Shown here: piece by piece, positions 40,177 through 50,226 of the stretch
How positions within the stretch are numbered: the stretch's first letter is position 1
Layout: every line of letters begins with the position of its first letter
NCBI GenBank assembly: GCA_964482715.1
Contig: CAYZYX010000007.1
Coordinates: 1-56,371, forward strand
DNA from: an uncultured Clostridia bacterium
GTDB lineage: Bacteria > Aerophobota > Aerophobia > Aerophobales > B3-G15
Direction of reading: 5' to 3'
Length of the DNA: 56,371 nucleotides
Translations under genes and position numbers: made by a program
The notes under the pieces: generated by a model
Told to the model about the DNA's origin: nothing
Database searches by the model: none
The model's input: the letters and a program-made list of their open reading frames with translations, nothing else

Positions 40177-41141
40177 TACTGCACCTTCTTTAACTTAATC
40201 AGCTCATCATCCACGTATATCCTCATTTCCCCCTTCCCCATAACCTCTGAGGAAATCCAGACTCTTTCTCCTGGTAAATGCATTCCGTAGTCTACAATTT
40301 TTTTTCCTTCTTCATCCAGAACCACCAGATAGACCCTTTTTTCTTCAAATCCAGGGGGAATTTCCACAGAGGTAATGACCCATTTCTGCTGAGGTAAGAG
40401 TATTTCCTCCTTTCTGCTGGGACTAACACTCACCATCAATTCAATTTCACTATTTTCTTCCACCCTGCTTCCAGGGGGTGGCAACTGTGATAAAACTTCT
40501 CCTTCCTCTTTCTCCGAAGGTTCTTCTTTAATCTTGGCTATATTTAAGGGCACCCCCTCAAGCCATTTGATAACTTCTTCCACATTTTTCCCCCTGAAAT
40601 CAGGAAGAAAAAAGTACATTTTTGGAGGACCCAAGCTGACCAGGAGATTTACGCCATCTTCCCGGTTTATCTGAGTTTCTTCAGGTGGATCCTGCGCAAT
40701 AACCTCATCCCGATTAAATTTAGGGGAATACACATAACTTACATTTTTGATTTCAACCCCGATCTGAGACAGACTTATCCTGGCCTCCCTTAGTTTCATT
40801 CCTCTCACAGACGGACAGGTAACCAGTCTTGCTCCTTCACTAACCACAACTTCCACTATTCTATTTTTCCGCACCCTGGTTCCAGGTGGGGGAATCTGGG
40901 AAAGAATCACTCCAGCCGGAATCTCCTGGGAAAACTTCTTACCCACTATTTTGATCCCGAGTCCACTTTTGCTCAAACTGATAACTGCTTCTTCCAGCGT
41001 TTTTCCCACTACCTCGGGAGTATCGGTATTCTCCTCTGGAACTAATATAATTAACACCAGATAAGTAACCACCCCACCTATAGCAACCAATGAAAAAAAA
41101 ATACCTATAACTTTAAGGAACGATTTTAACCATTCTGGCAA
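40176..41141 (-). CDS. Membrane-anchored PASTA-domain protein (3 PASTA repeats, no kinase domain)
   Basis: N-terminal TM helix; three P-xx-G...Q-P-G...VS PASTA repeats. Confidence 0.88.
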   Translation of the reverse strand: MPEWLKSFLKVIGIFFSLVAIGGVVTYLVLIILVPEENTDTPEVVGKTLEEAVISLSKSGLGIKIVGKKFSQEIPAGVILSQIPPPGTRVRKNRIVEVVVSEGARLVTCPSVRGMKLREARISLSQIGVEIKNVSYVYSPKFNRDEVIAQDPPEETQINREDGVNLLVSLGPPKMYFFLPDFRGKNVEEVIKWLEGVPLNIAKIKEEPSEKEEGEVLSQLPPPGSRVEENSEIELMVSVSPSRKEEILLPQQKWVITSVEIPPGFEEKRVYLVVLDEEGKKIVDYGMHLPGERVWISSEVMGKGEMRIYVDDELIKLKKVQ

Positions 41142-41143
41142 GT

Positions 41144-41503
41144 TTACTCCCTTATATTCTTTTTAGCCACCTCCACCAGTTGGGAAAAATCTTCAGGACT
41201 TCTAACAGCAAGCTCGGCCAGAACCTTTCTATTTAAATTAATATCAGCTTCTCTCAGACCCTTCATAAAACGACTGTAAGACAAACCTTCTCTTCTTACA
41301 GCTGCATTTATCCGAACAATCCACAGTCTTCGGAACTCTCTCTTTTTTCTCTTTCTACCTATATAGCTGTGATAAAGAGACTTTTTCACAGCTTCTTTGG
41401 CCTGCGTGTAAAGTTTGCTCCGTCCACCCCTGAATCCTTTAGCCAAACGGAGAATCTTTTTCCTCTTTTTAGTGTGGATAGGTCCTCTTTTTACTCTACT
41501 CAT
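41144..41503 (-). CDS. rplT: 50S ribosomal protein L20
   Basis: MSRVKRG, FRRLWIVRINAA, LNRKVLAELA. Confidence 0.98.
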   Translation of the reverse strand: MSRVKRGPIHTKKRKKILRLAKGFRGGRSKLYTQAKEAVKKSLYHSYIGRKRKKREFRRLWIVRINAAVRREGLSYSRFMKGLREADINLNRKVLAELAVRSPEDFSQLVEVAKKNIRE

Positions 41504-41526
41504 TTATTTTCCTCTATTATTTTCTT

Positions 41527-41724
41527 TTATATTCCCGGCAAAAGCTTCTTTATTTTTTTTGCATCCCCTTTATGCAAAATTTCAGCTCTTCTGGACTGCC
41601 TTTTCTTCTTTGCTGTTTTTTTAACCTTAAGATGAGAGGCAAAAGCCTTTGAACGCCTTATTTTTCCTCCAGCAGTAACTTTAAATCTTTTTTTTGCTCC
41701 CCTATGGGTTTTAAGTTTGGGCAT
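41527..41724 (-). CDS. rpmI: 50S ribosomal protein L35
   Basis: MPKLKTHRGAKKRF. Confidence 0.98.
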   Translation of the reverse strand: MPKLKTHRGAKKRFKVTAGGKIRRSKAFASHLKVKKTAKKKRQSRRAEILHKGDAKKIKKLLPGI

Positions 41725-41751
41725 TTTCTTCTCCAGACTATCTTTAATGAT

Positions 41752-42264
41752 TTACTTTGGAATTAAGAATTGCTCAATTTTTCGATCACCAATTGAAGGA
41801 CGTGTCTCCACTCTACCTATCTCTTTCAGTTCCTTAGCAATCCTTTCCAGCATCTTTCGTCCTTCTTCTTTGTATATATTCTCTCTCCCTCTAAATCTTA
41901 TTGATAACTTCACTCGATGGCCTTCTCTCAAAAATTCTTCTATTTTTTTTACCTTTATTTTAAGATCATGCTCCCCGATCTTGTAGGAGAGTCTTATCTC
42001 TTTCAAACTATCAGAGGACTGTTTTTTTCTGTTTTTTTTACGCTTTTTTTCCATCTGGTATTTGAATTTTCCGTAGTCGAGAAGTCTACACACCGGAGGA
42101 TTAGCCTGTGGAGCAACTTCTACCAGATCTAACCCTTCTCTGCGAGCAATTTCCAGAGCTTCGTCTCGTGAAATAACACCTACCTGTTTTCCCTGTTGGT
42201 CAATAAGACGAACTTTTGGCGACCTTATTTCCTCATTAACCGCCATACGGGTGTTTCTGTTAAT
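41752..42264 (-). CDS. infC: Translation initiation factor IF-3 (ATT start)
   Basis: NEEIR, LDLVEV, PPVC, DYGKFKY, FRGRE; AGGAGG-5nt-ATT in frame, 18 nt upstream of the ORF-track ATG. Confidence 0.96.
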   Translation of the reverse strand: MNRNTRMAVNEEIRSPKVRLIDQQGKQVGVISRDEALEIARREGLDLVEVAPQANPPVCRLLDYGKFKYQMEKKRKKNRKKQSSDSLKEIRLSYKIGEHDLKIKVKKIEEFLREGHRVKLSIRFRGRENIYKEEGRKMLERIAKELKEIGRVETRPSIGDRKIEQFLIPK

Positions 42265-42279
42265 AACAACCTCCTTAAT

Positions 42280-44016
42280 TTATTCTTTCTTTTTTATTTT
42301 TTCTTTTATCATTTGAATAAAATTTTCCGGACAAATATCTCTCAAATTTTCCCCGTCTCTTTTACGCACCGTTAAAAGGCCACTTTCCACCTCCTTTTTT
42401 CCGACAATTACCATATAAGGAATTTTTTCCAGTTGAGCCTGACGTACTTTGTACCCCAGAAGTTCGTTTCGTGAGTCAAGCTCTACTCTGATACCTTCAG
42501 AGCTCATTTTTTCATATAGCTCCCGGGCAAAAGGAACTTCTTTGCAGGTTATGGTAAGTATTTTAACCTGCACAGGAGCAAGCCAGACAGGAAATTTCCC
42601 CTCCAGATGTTCGATGAGTATTCCAACAAATCTATCAATTGCTCCCAGAACAACTCTATGAATCATAACCACCTTTTTCTTCTCACCATCAGAATCTACA
42701 TAAGTCAGATCAAATCGCTCTGGAAGGTTAAAATCAACCTGAATGGTTGGTCCCTGCCACAGTCTCCCCAACGCATCTTCGATTTGCACATCTATCTTGG
42801 GTCCATAAAATGCACCCTCTCCCGGAGCTATTTCAAAATCAAGGTCTTCCTTCCTCAAGGCCTCTTCCAAAGCTTTTATCGAAGTTTCCCAGATTTTTGG
42901 TGAACCTATGTACTTTGCCGGACGGGTGGAAAGAGTGATCTTATAGCCAAGATGAAAAATGTCCATCATAAAAAATATAAATTTTAAAATTTCTCTTACC
43001 TCGTCTACCAGTTGTGAAGGAAGGCAGAAGATATGGGCGTCATCCTGGGTGAAACCTCTTAATCTCAGAAGTCCATGAAGCATCCCGGAACCTTCCCTTC
43101 GATACACCGTCCCCAGCTCAAAAAATCTCAAAGGTAAATCTCTGTAACTTCTCTGTTTACTTTTGTATACCATTATGTGAGCAGGACAGTTCATGGGCTT
43201 TAAGACATAATCCTGCCCTTCCACACTAAAAACATACATATTTTCCCGATAAAAGTCAAGATGCCCCGATATTTTCCAGAGTTCTGCCCGAGAGATATGA
43301 GGAGTTCTAACCAGCTTGTATCCTCTCTTTAAATGTTCTTGGGTTTCAAAATTCTCAATAATCTCCCTTAATAAGGAACCCCTGGGATGATAAACAGCAA
43401 GCCCCGGGCCCAGTTCAGGATAAATTTCAAAAATATCTAATTCACGTCCAATTTTGCGATGATCACGCCTTTTAGCCTCTTCTAACCACTTTAAATGTTC
43501 TTCAAGCTCTTTTTTAGTAAAAAAGGCTGTCCCATAAACTCTGGAAAGCATGGGATTTCCCTCTCTACCTTTCCAGTAGGCTCCGGCAATTGAAAGGAGA
43601 GCAAAAAACTTAACCTCTCCGGTGCTCTTAACATGAGGTCCACGACAAAGATCAACAAATTCCCCCTGCTTATAGAGGGTAACCATGGTATCTTCAATCT
43701 CTTGAATTAACTCCAGTTTATAGGGTTCATCTCTTTGGGTAAAAATCTTTTTTGCTTCTTCTTTGGTTACGACTTCTCTCTCAAAGGGAAGGTCCTCTTT
43801 TACTATTTTCTCCATTTCCTCCTTAACACGCTCAAGGTTTCTGGAAAGAAGTTCCCCATCAATATCAAAATCATAGTAAAAACCATTTTTAATTGGCGGT
43901 CCTATTCCCAATTTTGCCTGAGGAAAAATCCTTTTTACTGCCTGAGCAAGAATGTGAGAGGCGCTGTGCCTCAGAATTTCCAGATCTTTCACTTTTTCTT
44001 CTGATTTTTTCTCCAT
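42280..44016 (-). CDS. thrS: Threonine--tRNA ligase (short form lacking the N-terminal TGS domain)
   Basis: RHSASH, DLCRGPH, RDHRK, KPMNCP, FTQDDAH, AFYGPKID. Confidence 0.98.
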   Translation of the reverse strand: MEKKSEEKVKDLEILRHSASHILAQAVKRIFPQAKLGIGPPIKNGFYYDFDIDGELLSRNLERVKEEMEKIVKEDLPFEREVVTKEEAKKIFTQRDEPYKLELIQEIEDTMVTLYKQGEFVDLCRGPHVKSTGEVKFFALLSIAGAYWKGREGNPMLSRVYGTAFFTKKELEEHLKWLEEAKRRDHRKIGRELDIFEIYPELGPGLAVYHPRGSLLREIIENFETQEHLKRGYKLVRTPHISRAELWKISGHLDFYRENMYVFSVEGQDYVLKPMNCPAHIMVYKSKQRSYRDLPLRFFELGTVYRREGSGMLHGLLRLRGFTQDDAHIFCLPSQLVDEVREILKFIFFMMDIFHLGYKITLSTRPAKYIGSPKIWETSIKALEEALRKEDLDFEIAPGEGAFYGPKIDVQIEDALGRLWQGPTIQVDFNLPERFDLTYVDSDGEKKKVVMIHRVVLGAIDRFVGILIEHLEGKFPVWLAPVQVKILTITCKEVPFARELYEKMSSEGIRVELDSRNELLGYKVRQAQLEKIPYMVIVGKKEVESGLLTVRKRDGENLRDICPENFIQMIKEKIKKKE

Positions 44017-44034
44017 CTCGGATTTATATTAATT

Positions 44035-44077
44035 AAAAAAGAGTTAAACCGAAAAATCGGCTTAACTTCAGTTTTTT
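44035..44077. terminator. Intrinsic terminator downstream of the tRNAs
   Basis: GAGTTAAACCGA/TCGGCTTAACTT stem flanked by A and T tracts. Confidence 0.55.
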
Positions 44078-44098
44078 AATAACCAGAATTTTCATCGC

Positions 44099-44174
44099 TG
44101 GTGCCCGGTGCTGGATTCGAACCAGCGACCTCTTGCATGTCAAGCAAGCACTCTAACCACTGAGCTAACCGGGC
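44099..44174 (-). tRNA. tRNA-Val(GAC)
   Basis: GCCCGGT acceptor stem, anticodon arm CTTGC-TTGACAT-GCAAG, GTTCGAAT T-loop, encoded CCA. Confidence 0.96.
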
Positions 44175-44178
44175 AGTA

Positions 44179-44251
44179 AGGCGGCGCCCGGATTCGAACC
44201 GGGGAATAGAGGATTTGCAATCCTCCGCCTTAACCACTTGGCTACGCCGCC
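44179..44251 (-). tRNA. tRNA-Cys(GCA)
   Basis: GGCGGCG acceptor stem, GAGGA-TTGCAAA-TCCTC anticodon arm, U73 discriminator, CCA not encoded. Confidence 0.96.
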
Positions 44252-44268
44252 ATGGCAACAAAATTTTT

Positions 44269-44676
44269 TTATTCTGTCTCTTTATCTATTTTAGCAATTT
44301 CTTCTTCTATTTCCACCCTGTGGGTAGAAGGGCTCATTCTGCATTCTCCGTTAAAAAAAGCACCCTCAGCAATGGTCAAATCAGAGGCCTTCACCTTTCC
44401 TTCCAGACTACCGGTAGGGTAAATCTCTACTTTACCCTCACAATCAATATCTCCTTTTACTTTACCCGAGATAATTACTGTCGCTGCTTTAATGTTAGCA
44501 TTTACAATAGCATCTTCACCAATTATAAGACTTCCACCTGTTTCAATCTCCCCCTCAAACTTGCCATCTATCCTTACCCCTTCTCTATCCTTTAAGGTTC
44601 CTTTGAACTCTGTCCCTGGACCTATTAAACTATTGGTCTTTCCCTCCACTTTTTTACTTTTTTTTCTTTTTAACAT
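44269..44676 (-). CDS. Bactofilin (polymer-forming cytoskeletal protein)
   Basis: IG.GT.F.G, RIDG.FEG, I.EGAFFNGEC.M beta-helix repeats. Confidence 0.93.
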   Translation of the reverse strand: MLKRKKSKKVEGKTNSLIGPGTEFKGTLKDREGVRIDGKFEGEIETGGSLIIGEDAIVNANIKAATVIISGKVKGDIDCEGKVEIYPTGSLEGKVKASDLTIAEGAFFNGECRMSPSTHRVEIEEEIAKIDKETE

Positions 44677-44689
44677 AAACTTATTCCTT

Positions 44690-45670
44690 TCAGGATAAAT
44701 CCAGGGGTTCTACCATTAATTCTAAAGGATTAACACTTTTTCCTCTGCGCCAAACCTCAAAATGAAGATGGGGACCCGTACTTCTCCCGCTACTTCCCAG
44801 TCTACCTATCACTTCTCCTTTTTCTACATTTTTACCTTTTTTCACCAGTATTCGTGAAAGATGGGCATATCGGGTGGTATAACCGTAACTGTTCTTTATC
44901 TCAACAACCAATCCGTAAAAATCTTTCCACCCGGCATAGGTTACTTTTCCCTGACAGGCAGCTTTTACCTCCGTTCCCCAGGGAGCCACTATATCAATAG
45001 CTCGATGGAATTCTCTTTTTCCAGTGAAAGGATTTATCCTCCATCCATATCCTGCAGAAATCCACCCTTCAACGGGAAAAATATTAGGAGTTGAAGCAAA
45101 AAGCTGCTTTTTTTCTTCTATTAACTCCTCAACCCTGGATAAAGCTTTCTCCTGCTTTGAAGCTCTAAATTCAAGAGAGCTTACCTTATCTTCTATTTTA
45201 CTTATTATTTTTAAAGAGTCCACCCCTTCTTCAATTAATTCTTGTGGTGCCAGGGAACTTTTAAAGGGGGTGTATGTATCAGGTCCTCCTTCTCCCCAGT
45301 TTTCATCTCCACCTTGACCACCACCTCCTGCTCCTGCCAGACTTCTAAGTTTTGCCTCCATCTCTTCAATTCTACTCATGGTGGCATCAAATTCTTTCAC
45401 CTTTTCAGCCAGGGACAGTATCTTCTCCTGCTGCATTTTAGCAAGTTCTTCCAGATCCTCCAGGTACCTCACCTTCTCCTTTATTATCTTATACTCATTT
45501 ATAAAATAAAAAAGGGTGAAAAAACCAATTACTATGCCTGTTATACAAACTGAAATGATAAAACGCGGGATGACAACTCTACGTATCTTTCCTCCCGATG
45601 CGGGAATCAACATTAAGGTAAATGGACCCCGAGCTTTTCTCATTGGTCTCTCCTCAAGTTCTTTCTCCAT
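44690..45670 (-). CDS. M23-family metallopeptidase
   Basis: TM and coiled coil, HRAID, YAHL, STGPHLHFEV. Confidence 0.94.
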   Translation of the reverse strand: MEKELEERPMRKARGPFTLMLIPASGGKIRRVVIPRFIISVCITGIVIGFFTLFYFINEYKIIKEKVRYLEDLEELAKMQQEKILSLAEKVKEFDATMSRIEEMEAKLRSLAGAGGGGQGGDENWGEGGPDTYTPFKSSLAPQELIEEGVDSLKIISKIEDKVSSLEFRASKQEKALSRVEELIEEKKQLFASTPNIFPVEGWISAGYGWRINPFTGKREFHRAIDIVAPWGTEVKAACQGKVTYAGWKDFYGLVVEIKNSYGYTTRYAHLSRILVKKGKNVEKGEVIGRLGSSGRSTGPHLHFEVWRRGKSVNPLELMVEPLDLS

Positions 45671-45697
45671 CCAGATACGAATGCCCCTTGTTTCTTT

Positions 45698-45796
45698 AAG
45701 ATACCATTTATATAAAACTTGTCAATATGAGGCTTCCCCGGCATTGGGACATTTATTTTGTCTTCTCTTTTACAAGAAGATTTAATGTGCTATAAT
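45698..45796. promoter_or_regulatory. Divergent promoters (M23 operon / polA) with a solo MITE-family TIR between them
   Basis: Minus TTGACA(45720-45725)-16-TATCTT; plus TTTACA-16-TATAAT; CCGGCATTGGGACA at 45738-45751. Confidence 0.55.
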
Positions 45797-45813
45797 TTGA
45801 AAAGAGGGGAAAA

Positions 45814-48402
45814 TTGATGTCAATTAAAAAAGGAAAAATAGTCTTAATAGATGGAAATAGCCTTCTTTACCGTTCTTTTTACGCTCTTCCTCCGTTGGCT
45901 ACGAAAGAAGGAATTCCTACCGGGGGCTTATATGGTTTTACACGAATTCTCCTGAAACTCTTAAGAGAGGAAAATCCTGATTTTCTCGGCTGTGCCTTTG
46001 ATAAAGGAAAAAAAACTTTCCGCCATAAAAAATGGGAGGATTATAAAGCCACACGACCAGAAACCCCTTCAGAGCTTTCAAAGCAAATCATCTTAATAAA
46101 AGATATTCTCCAGGGTTTCAGAATTCCCTTTTTTGAGGATGAAGAATACGAAGCTGATGATATTTTAGCCACTTTAGCCAGGAAAGCTGAAAAAGCTGGA
46201 TTGGATGTCGAAATATTTACCGGCGACAAAGATATTCTTCAAATACTATCTCCCTCCATCAAGGTGGTAAGGTTTAAAAAGGGAATATCTCAGAAAGATG
46301 TGTTTGATCCCCAAAAAGTAAAAGAGGAGTTTGGAGTAACACCCGAACAGATACCAGATTATCTTGCCCTTGTAGGTGATACATCAGATAATATTCCTGG
46401 TGTTCCAGGAATAGGTCCCGTAACGGCTGTAAAATTGATTCAGCAATACGGTAGTCTGGAAAAGATCCTGGATAATCTGGAAAAACTGCCCCCCAAAATT
46501 GCAGGTAAAATAAGAGAAAATACGAAAAAGGCAAAGTTAAGTAAGAGATTGTCAACGGTAATTTGTCAGGTCCCTGTGGAATTAAACCTGGAAAAGCTAA
46601 AGGTAAAAGCTCCCGATAAAGAGAAGTTGCTTGATATCTTTAAAAAGCTGGAGTTCAAGGAACTCATTGAGAAACTTGGTCTTTCTGACTGTCAAAGTAG
46701 TGAAAAACTACCTGGAAGTAAAGAAATTGAAAAGACTAACCATAAAATTGAAGTCAAGCTAAGACAGGAGCCGCTTTTTTTATGGTGGGAAAATGAAGGT
46801 AACAGGAGACGGCTTTTTATTTCTTCTTCCAGAGGAAAATCTTTTGTTTTTTCTCTGGATGAAGATTCCTTCGACAAAGCGACTTTCTCCCAGCTTAAAA
46901 ACTTACTGGAATCCGGGAAATATCTAAAGATAGGTCATGATCTAAAAAATTTGCTCGTTAAACTAAAAATTTTGGGAATAGGGATCAATTCAATAAAATT
47001 CGATACCGCAGTTGCCGCTTATCTCATCAATCCCTCCTCTGGCAATTATTCTCTTGAGAACCTTTCTCGCTATTATTTAGGAGAAAACATAAGCTCGACA
47101 GGGGAAAACGGCAGTATCAAAATTAAGTTTATCAAGAAACTTTACCCTGTTCTGGAAACTCAGCTCCAGGATAAAGGGATGAAAAAACTCTTCTATGAAA
47201 TAGAACTGCCATTAATAGAAGTACTGGCCGAGATGGAGCTGCGAGGAATAAAGGTAGACCCTACAGTTCTTAAAAGTCTCTGTCAACAGATTAGAAAGAT
47301 GCGTAAAAAGACAGAAGAGGAAATATATACGGAAGTGGGAGAAAGATTTAACCTCAATTCCCCCCAGCAACTTGGCAAAATACTTTTTGAGAAACTTAAT
47401 CTACCCCTGATAAAAAAGAGCAAAACAGGTTACTCGACCAGCGAAAGAACTCTTCAGACTTTATCTCCTCTCTGTGAAACTCTAAACAAAATTCTTGATT
47501 ACAGACACCTATTTAAATTAGAAACTTCCTACATTCAACCTTTATCCTCTATGATTAACCCTTCTACAGGGAGAATCCACACCTGTTTCAACCAGCTGGG
47601 AACCAACACCGGCAGACTTTCCTCCTCTAACCCGAATCTTCAGAATATTCCTGTTCGAGGACATCTGGGAGATTTAATAAGAAAAGCTTTTATAGCGGAA
47701 GAGGGATGTTTATTTATTTCTGCTGACTATTCACAGATCGAGCTTCGGATTTTAGCCCATCTGTCCGGGGATTCAAATCTTATCTCGGCTTTTTTACAGG
47801 GAGAAGATATACACAGGGAAACTGCCGTTGAAATATTTAATTGTTTACCTCTGCAGGTTAACTCCCGGATGAGAAGAATTGCAAAAATGGTTAATTTTGG
47901 CATCATCTATGGAATAAGTCCCTTTGGGCTGGCTCGTGACCTTGGAATTTCCGAAAAGGAAGCTCAGGAGTATATTGAGCGGTATTTCTCACGTTATTCG
48001 GGAGTTAAAAGATACATAGAAAAAACATTAGAGCAGGCACATAAAAAAGGCTACGTAACCACTTTACTGGGAAGGAGGAGGTATCTTCCCGAAATTAATT
48101 CCAAAAATAAAAGAAGGAGAAAATTTGCCGAACGAATGGCTATAAATTCTCCAATTCAGGGTTCAGCAGCCGATCTGATTAAGATAGCCATGCTGAATAT
48201 CTACCGAAGACTGAAAGAGGAAAACCTCCCGGCCTGGTTGATTCTCCAGATCCATGATGAGCTCATCCTGGAGGTAACAGAAAATCAGATAAACAGAGTC
48301 AGAAAAATTGTTAAAGAAGAAATGGAAAATGCCCTGAAACTTTCCGTTCCTCTGGTGGTAGATACTAAAGTTGGTAAAAACTGGGCAGAAATAAGTCATT
48401 GA
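45814..48402 (+). CDS. polA: DNA polymerase I
   Basis: 5'-3' exonuclease (DGNS, EADD, GDTSDN), GRLSSSNPNLQNIP, ADYSQIELR, KMVNFGIIYG, QIHDEL. Confidence 0.98.
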   Translation: MMSIKKGKIVLIDGNSLLYRSFYALPPLATKEGIPTGGLYGFTRILLKLLREENPDFLGCAFDKGKKTFRHKKWEDYKATRPETPSELSKQIILIKDILQGFRIPFFEDEEYEADDILATLARKAEKAGLDVEIFTGDKDILQILSPSIKVVRFKKGISQKDVFDPQKVKEEFGVTPEQIPDYLALVGDTSDNIPGVPGIGPVTAVKLIQQYGSLEKILDNLEKLPPKIAGKIRENTKKAKLSKRLSTVICQVPVELNLEKLKVKAPDKEKLLDIFKKLEFKELIEKLGLSDCQSSEKLPGSKEIEKTNHKIEVKLRQEPLFLWWENEGNRRRLFISSSRGKSFVFSLDEDSFDKATFSQLKNLLESGKYLKIGHDLKNLLVKLKILGIGINSIKFDTAVAAYLINPSSGNYSLENLSRYYLGENISSTGENGSIKIKFIKKLYPVLETQLQDKGMKKLFYEIELPLIEVLAEMELRGIKVDPTVLKSLCQQIRKMRKKTEEEIYTEVGERFNLNSPQQLGKILFEKLNLPLIKKSKTGYSTSERTLQTLSPLCETLNKILDYRHLFKLETSYIQPLSSMINPSTGRIHTCFNQLGTNTGRLSSSNPNLQNIPVRGHLGDLIRKAFIAEEGCLFISADYSQIELRILAHLSGDSNLISAFLQGEDIHRETAVEIFNCLPLQVNSRMRRIAKMVNFGIIYGISPFGLARDLGISEKEAQEYIERYFSRYSGVKRYIEKTLEQAHKKGYVTTLLGRRRYLPEINSKNKRRRKFAERMAINSPIQGSAADLIKIAMLNIYRRLKEENLPAWLILQIHDELILEVTENQINRVRKIVKEEMENALKLSVPLVVDTKVGKNWAEISH

Positions 48403-49433
48403 AAAACTTCAGGATTGACACAATTTTCAGGAATTTCACCTTGAAGGTATTTGCTAATTCCGCGAGCTAACATCTCAATCCCATGGGACGCTGTTTCTCG
48501 AGATGCTCCTGCCAGGTGAGGAGTTAAAACTACATTGGACAAGCTTAAAAGAGGACATTTAGTGGAGGGGGGTTCGGGATCGAAAGTGTCAAGAGCTGCC
48601 CCTTTCAATTTACCTTCCTTCAAGGCTTTATAGAGTGCCTCATAATCTACAAGTCCTCCTCTTGCCGTGTTGATAAGATAAGCTCCGGGACGCATCATTG
48701 ATATTTCCCTTTCTCCAATTAATTTATAGGTTTCGGGAGTAAGACGGGCATGGAGACTGATAATATGAGATTCCCTTAGAAGTTTCTCCAATTCAACCAA
48801 TCGAGCGCCAAAAAGCTCCACTTCTTTTTTCTCCACATAAGGATCAAACACCAGAACCTCGACATTAAAAGGTGAAAGTAACTGACAAACTCTTTTCCCT
48901 ATAAGCCCAAAACCAATAAGCCCCACTTTCTTCCCTGCCAGTTCTTCTGCACATTTGTCGTATTCGTAGAAATCCCCTCTCCAGATACCTTTTTTAAGAG
49001 CTTGATGGGCAGGAATAATTGGTTTTAAAAGACACAAAATCATGGCCAGGGTAAACTCAGCAGCTGCCTGCTTATTTCTACCTGGAGTGTTTAAAACAGG
49101 AATTTTCCTCTGGGTTGCTGCTTTGATATTGACGTTCACCACACCTCCCCGACAACAGGCTATTATCTTTAATTTAGGACAACCCCAAATTACCCGACGG
49201 GTGACAGGGGCAAGGTGAGTTATTAAAATCTCAGCGTCCCTTGCCACTGTCAAAACTTCCTTTTCATTGCCAATGTATTCTTTTACTTCACCGTCAGAGA
49301 TAAGGGGCTGACGAGGCCAGTTTAACTTTAGTCCCGTAAGTTTAATATCCTCCCCATCTCCTAAATATCTGATTAATATTTTTTCTATTAACTCATTTTT
49401 CAAAAACAAATCTCCAATTATGGCCACTCTCAT
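48396..49433 (-). CDS. D-isomer-specific 2-hydroxyacid dehydrogenase
   Basis: GLIGFGLIG, SLHARL, INTARG, LDTFDPEP, TPHLAG. Confidence 0.92.
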   Translation of the reverse strand: MRVAIIGDLFLKNELIEKILIRYLGDGEDIKLTGLKLNWPRQPLISDGEVKEYIGNEKEVLTVARDAEILITHLAPVTRRVIWGCPKLKIIACCRGGVVNVNIKAATQRKIPVLNTPGRNKQAAAEFTLAMILCLLKPIIPAHQALKKGIWRGDFYEYDKCAEELAGKKVGLIGFGLIGKRVCQLLSPFNVEVLVFDPYVEKKEVELFGARLVELEKLLRESHIISLHARLTPETYKLIGEREISMMRPGAYLINTARGGLVDYEALYKALKEGKLKGAALDTFDPEPPSTKCPLLSLSNVVLTPHLAGASRETASHGIEMLARGISKYLQGEIPENCVNPEVFQ

Positions 49434-49446
49434 TCCTTCTCACCTC

Positions 49447-50226
49447 TTAATCCATCAGTAATCCACCATTCACTTCAATGGTTTCGCCTGTAATGTAGTC
49501 TGCTCTGGAAGAGGCAAGGAAAACCACCACATTGGCCACATCCTGAGGAGTTCCTAATCTTCCAAGAGGAGTATCACTTAACCAGCGATCTTTCTCCTTA
49601 GCATAAAAGGGTTCTGTCATATCAGTCCTGACTCTACCTGGATCAACACAGTTCACACATATCCCGTAGAGAGCTACTTCCCGGGCTAAGGAGCGGGTAA
49701 AAGCATGTACTCCTGCTTTGGAGGCGGCATAAGCTGCATGACCTCTTGATCCTCTCTTTCCCACAAAGGAAGCTATGTTTATTATTTTCCCTGTTTTTCT
49801 TTTTATCATATGGGAAATCGTGGCTTTACAGCAGTTAAAAACACCTTTCAGGTTCACACTCATAAGATAGTCCCATTCTTCCTCACTGGTGTTAACCACT
49901 TCCTTTTCCAGATAGACACCAGCATTGTTTACCAGAATATCTATTCTACCGAAAAAATCCACAATTTTATTAATCATTCTTTCCACATCTCTCAAAGAAG
50001 AAACGTCAGCCTGAATTGGAAAACCCTTCCTTCCTCGTTTTTTAACTAAATTCACCACCTCCAGGGCAGCCTCCTCATGGTGAGCAAAATTTACCACCAC
50101 ATCTGCTCCCTCCTCAGCCATAGATAGACATATGGCTTTACCTATCCCTCTGCTTCCTCCAGTTACCAGAGCTATTTTTCCCTTCAGCAACATATTCTGC
50201 TTTTCAACCCCTTTAAAATCTTTCAA
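49447..50226 (-). CDS. Short-chain dehydrogenase/reductase (FabG-like)
   Basis: TGGSRGIG, NNAG, YAASK, VNGG; start may be at MLLKGK (50193). Confidence 0.92.
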   Translation of the reverse strand: MKDFKGVEKQNMLLKGKIALVTGGSRGIGKAICLSMAEEGADVVVNFAHHEEAALEVVNLVKKRGRKGFPIQADVSSLRDVERMINKIVDFFGRIDILVNNAGVYLEKEVVNTSEEEWDYLMSVNLKGVFNCCKATISHMIKRKTGKIINIASFVGKRGSRGHAAYAASKAGVHAFTRSLAREVALYGICVNCVDPGRVRTDMTEPFYAKEKDRWLSDTPLGRLGTPQDVANVVVFLASSRADYITGETIEVNGGLLMD

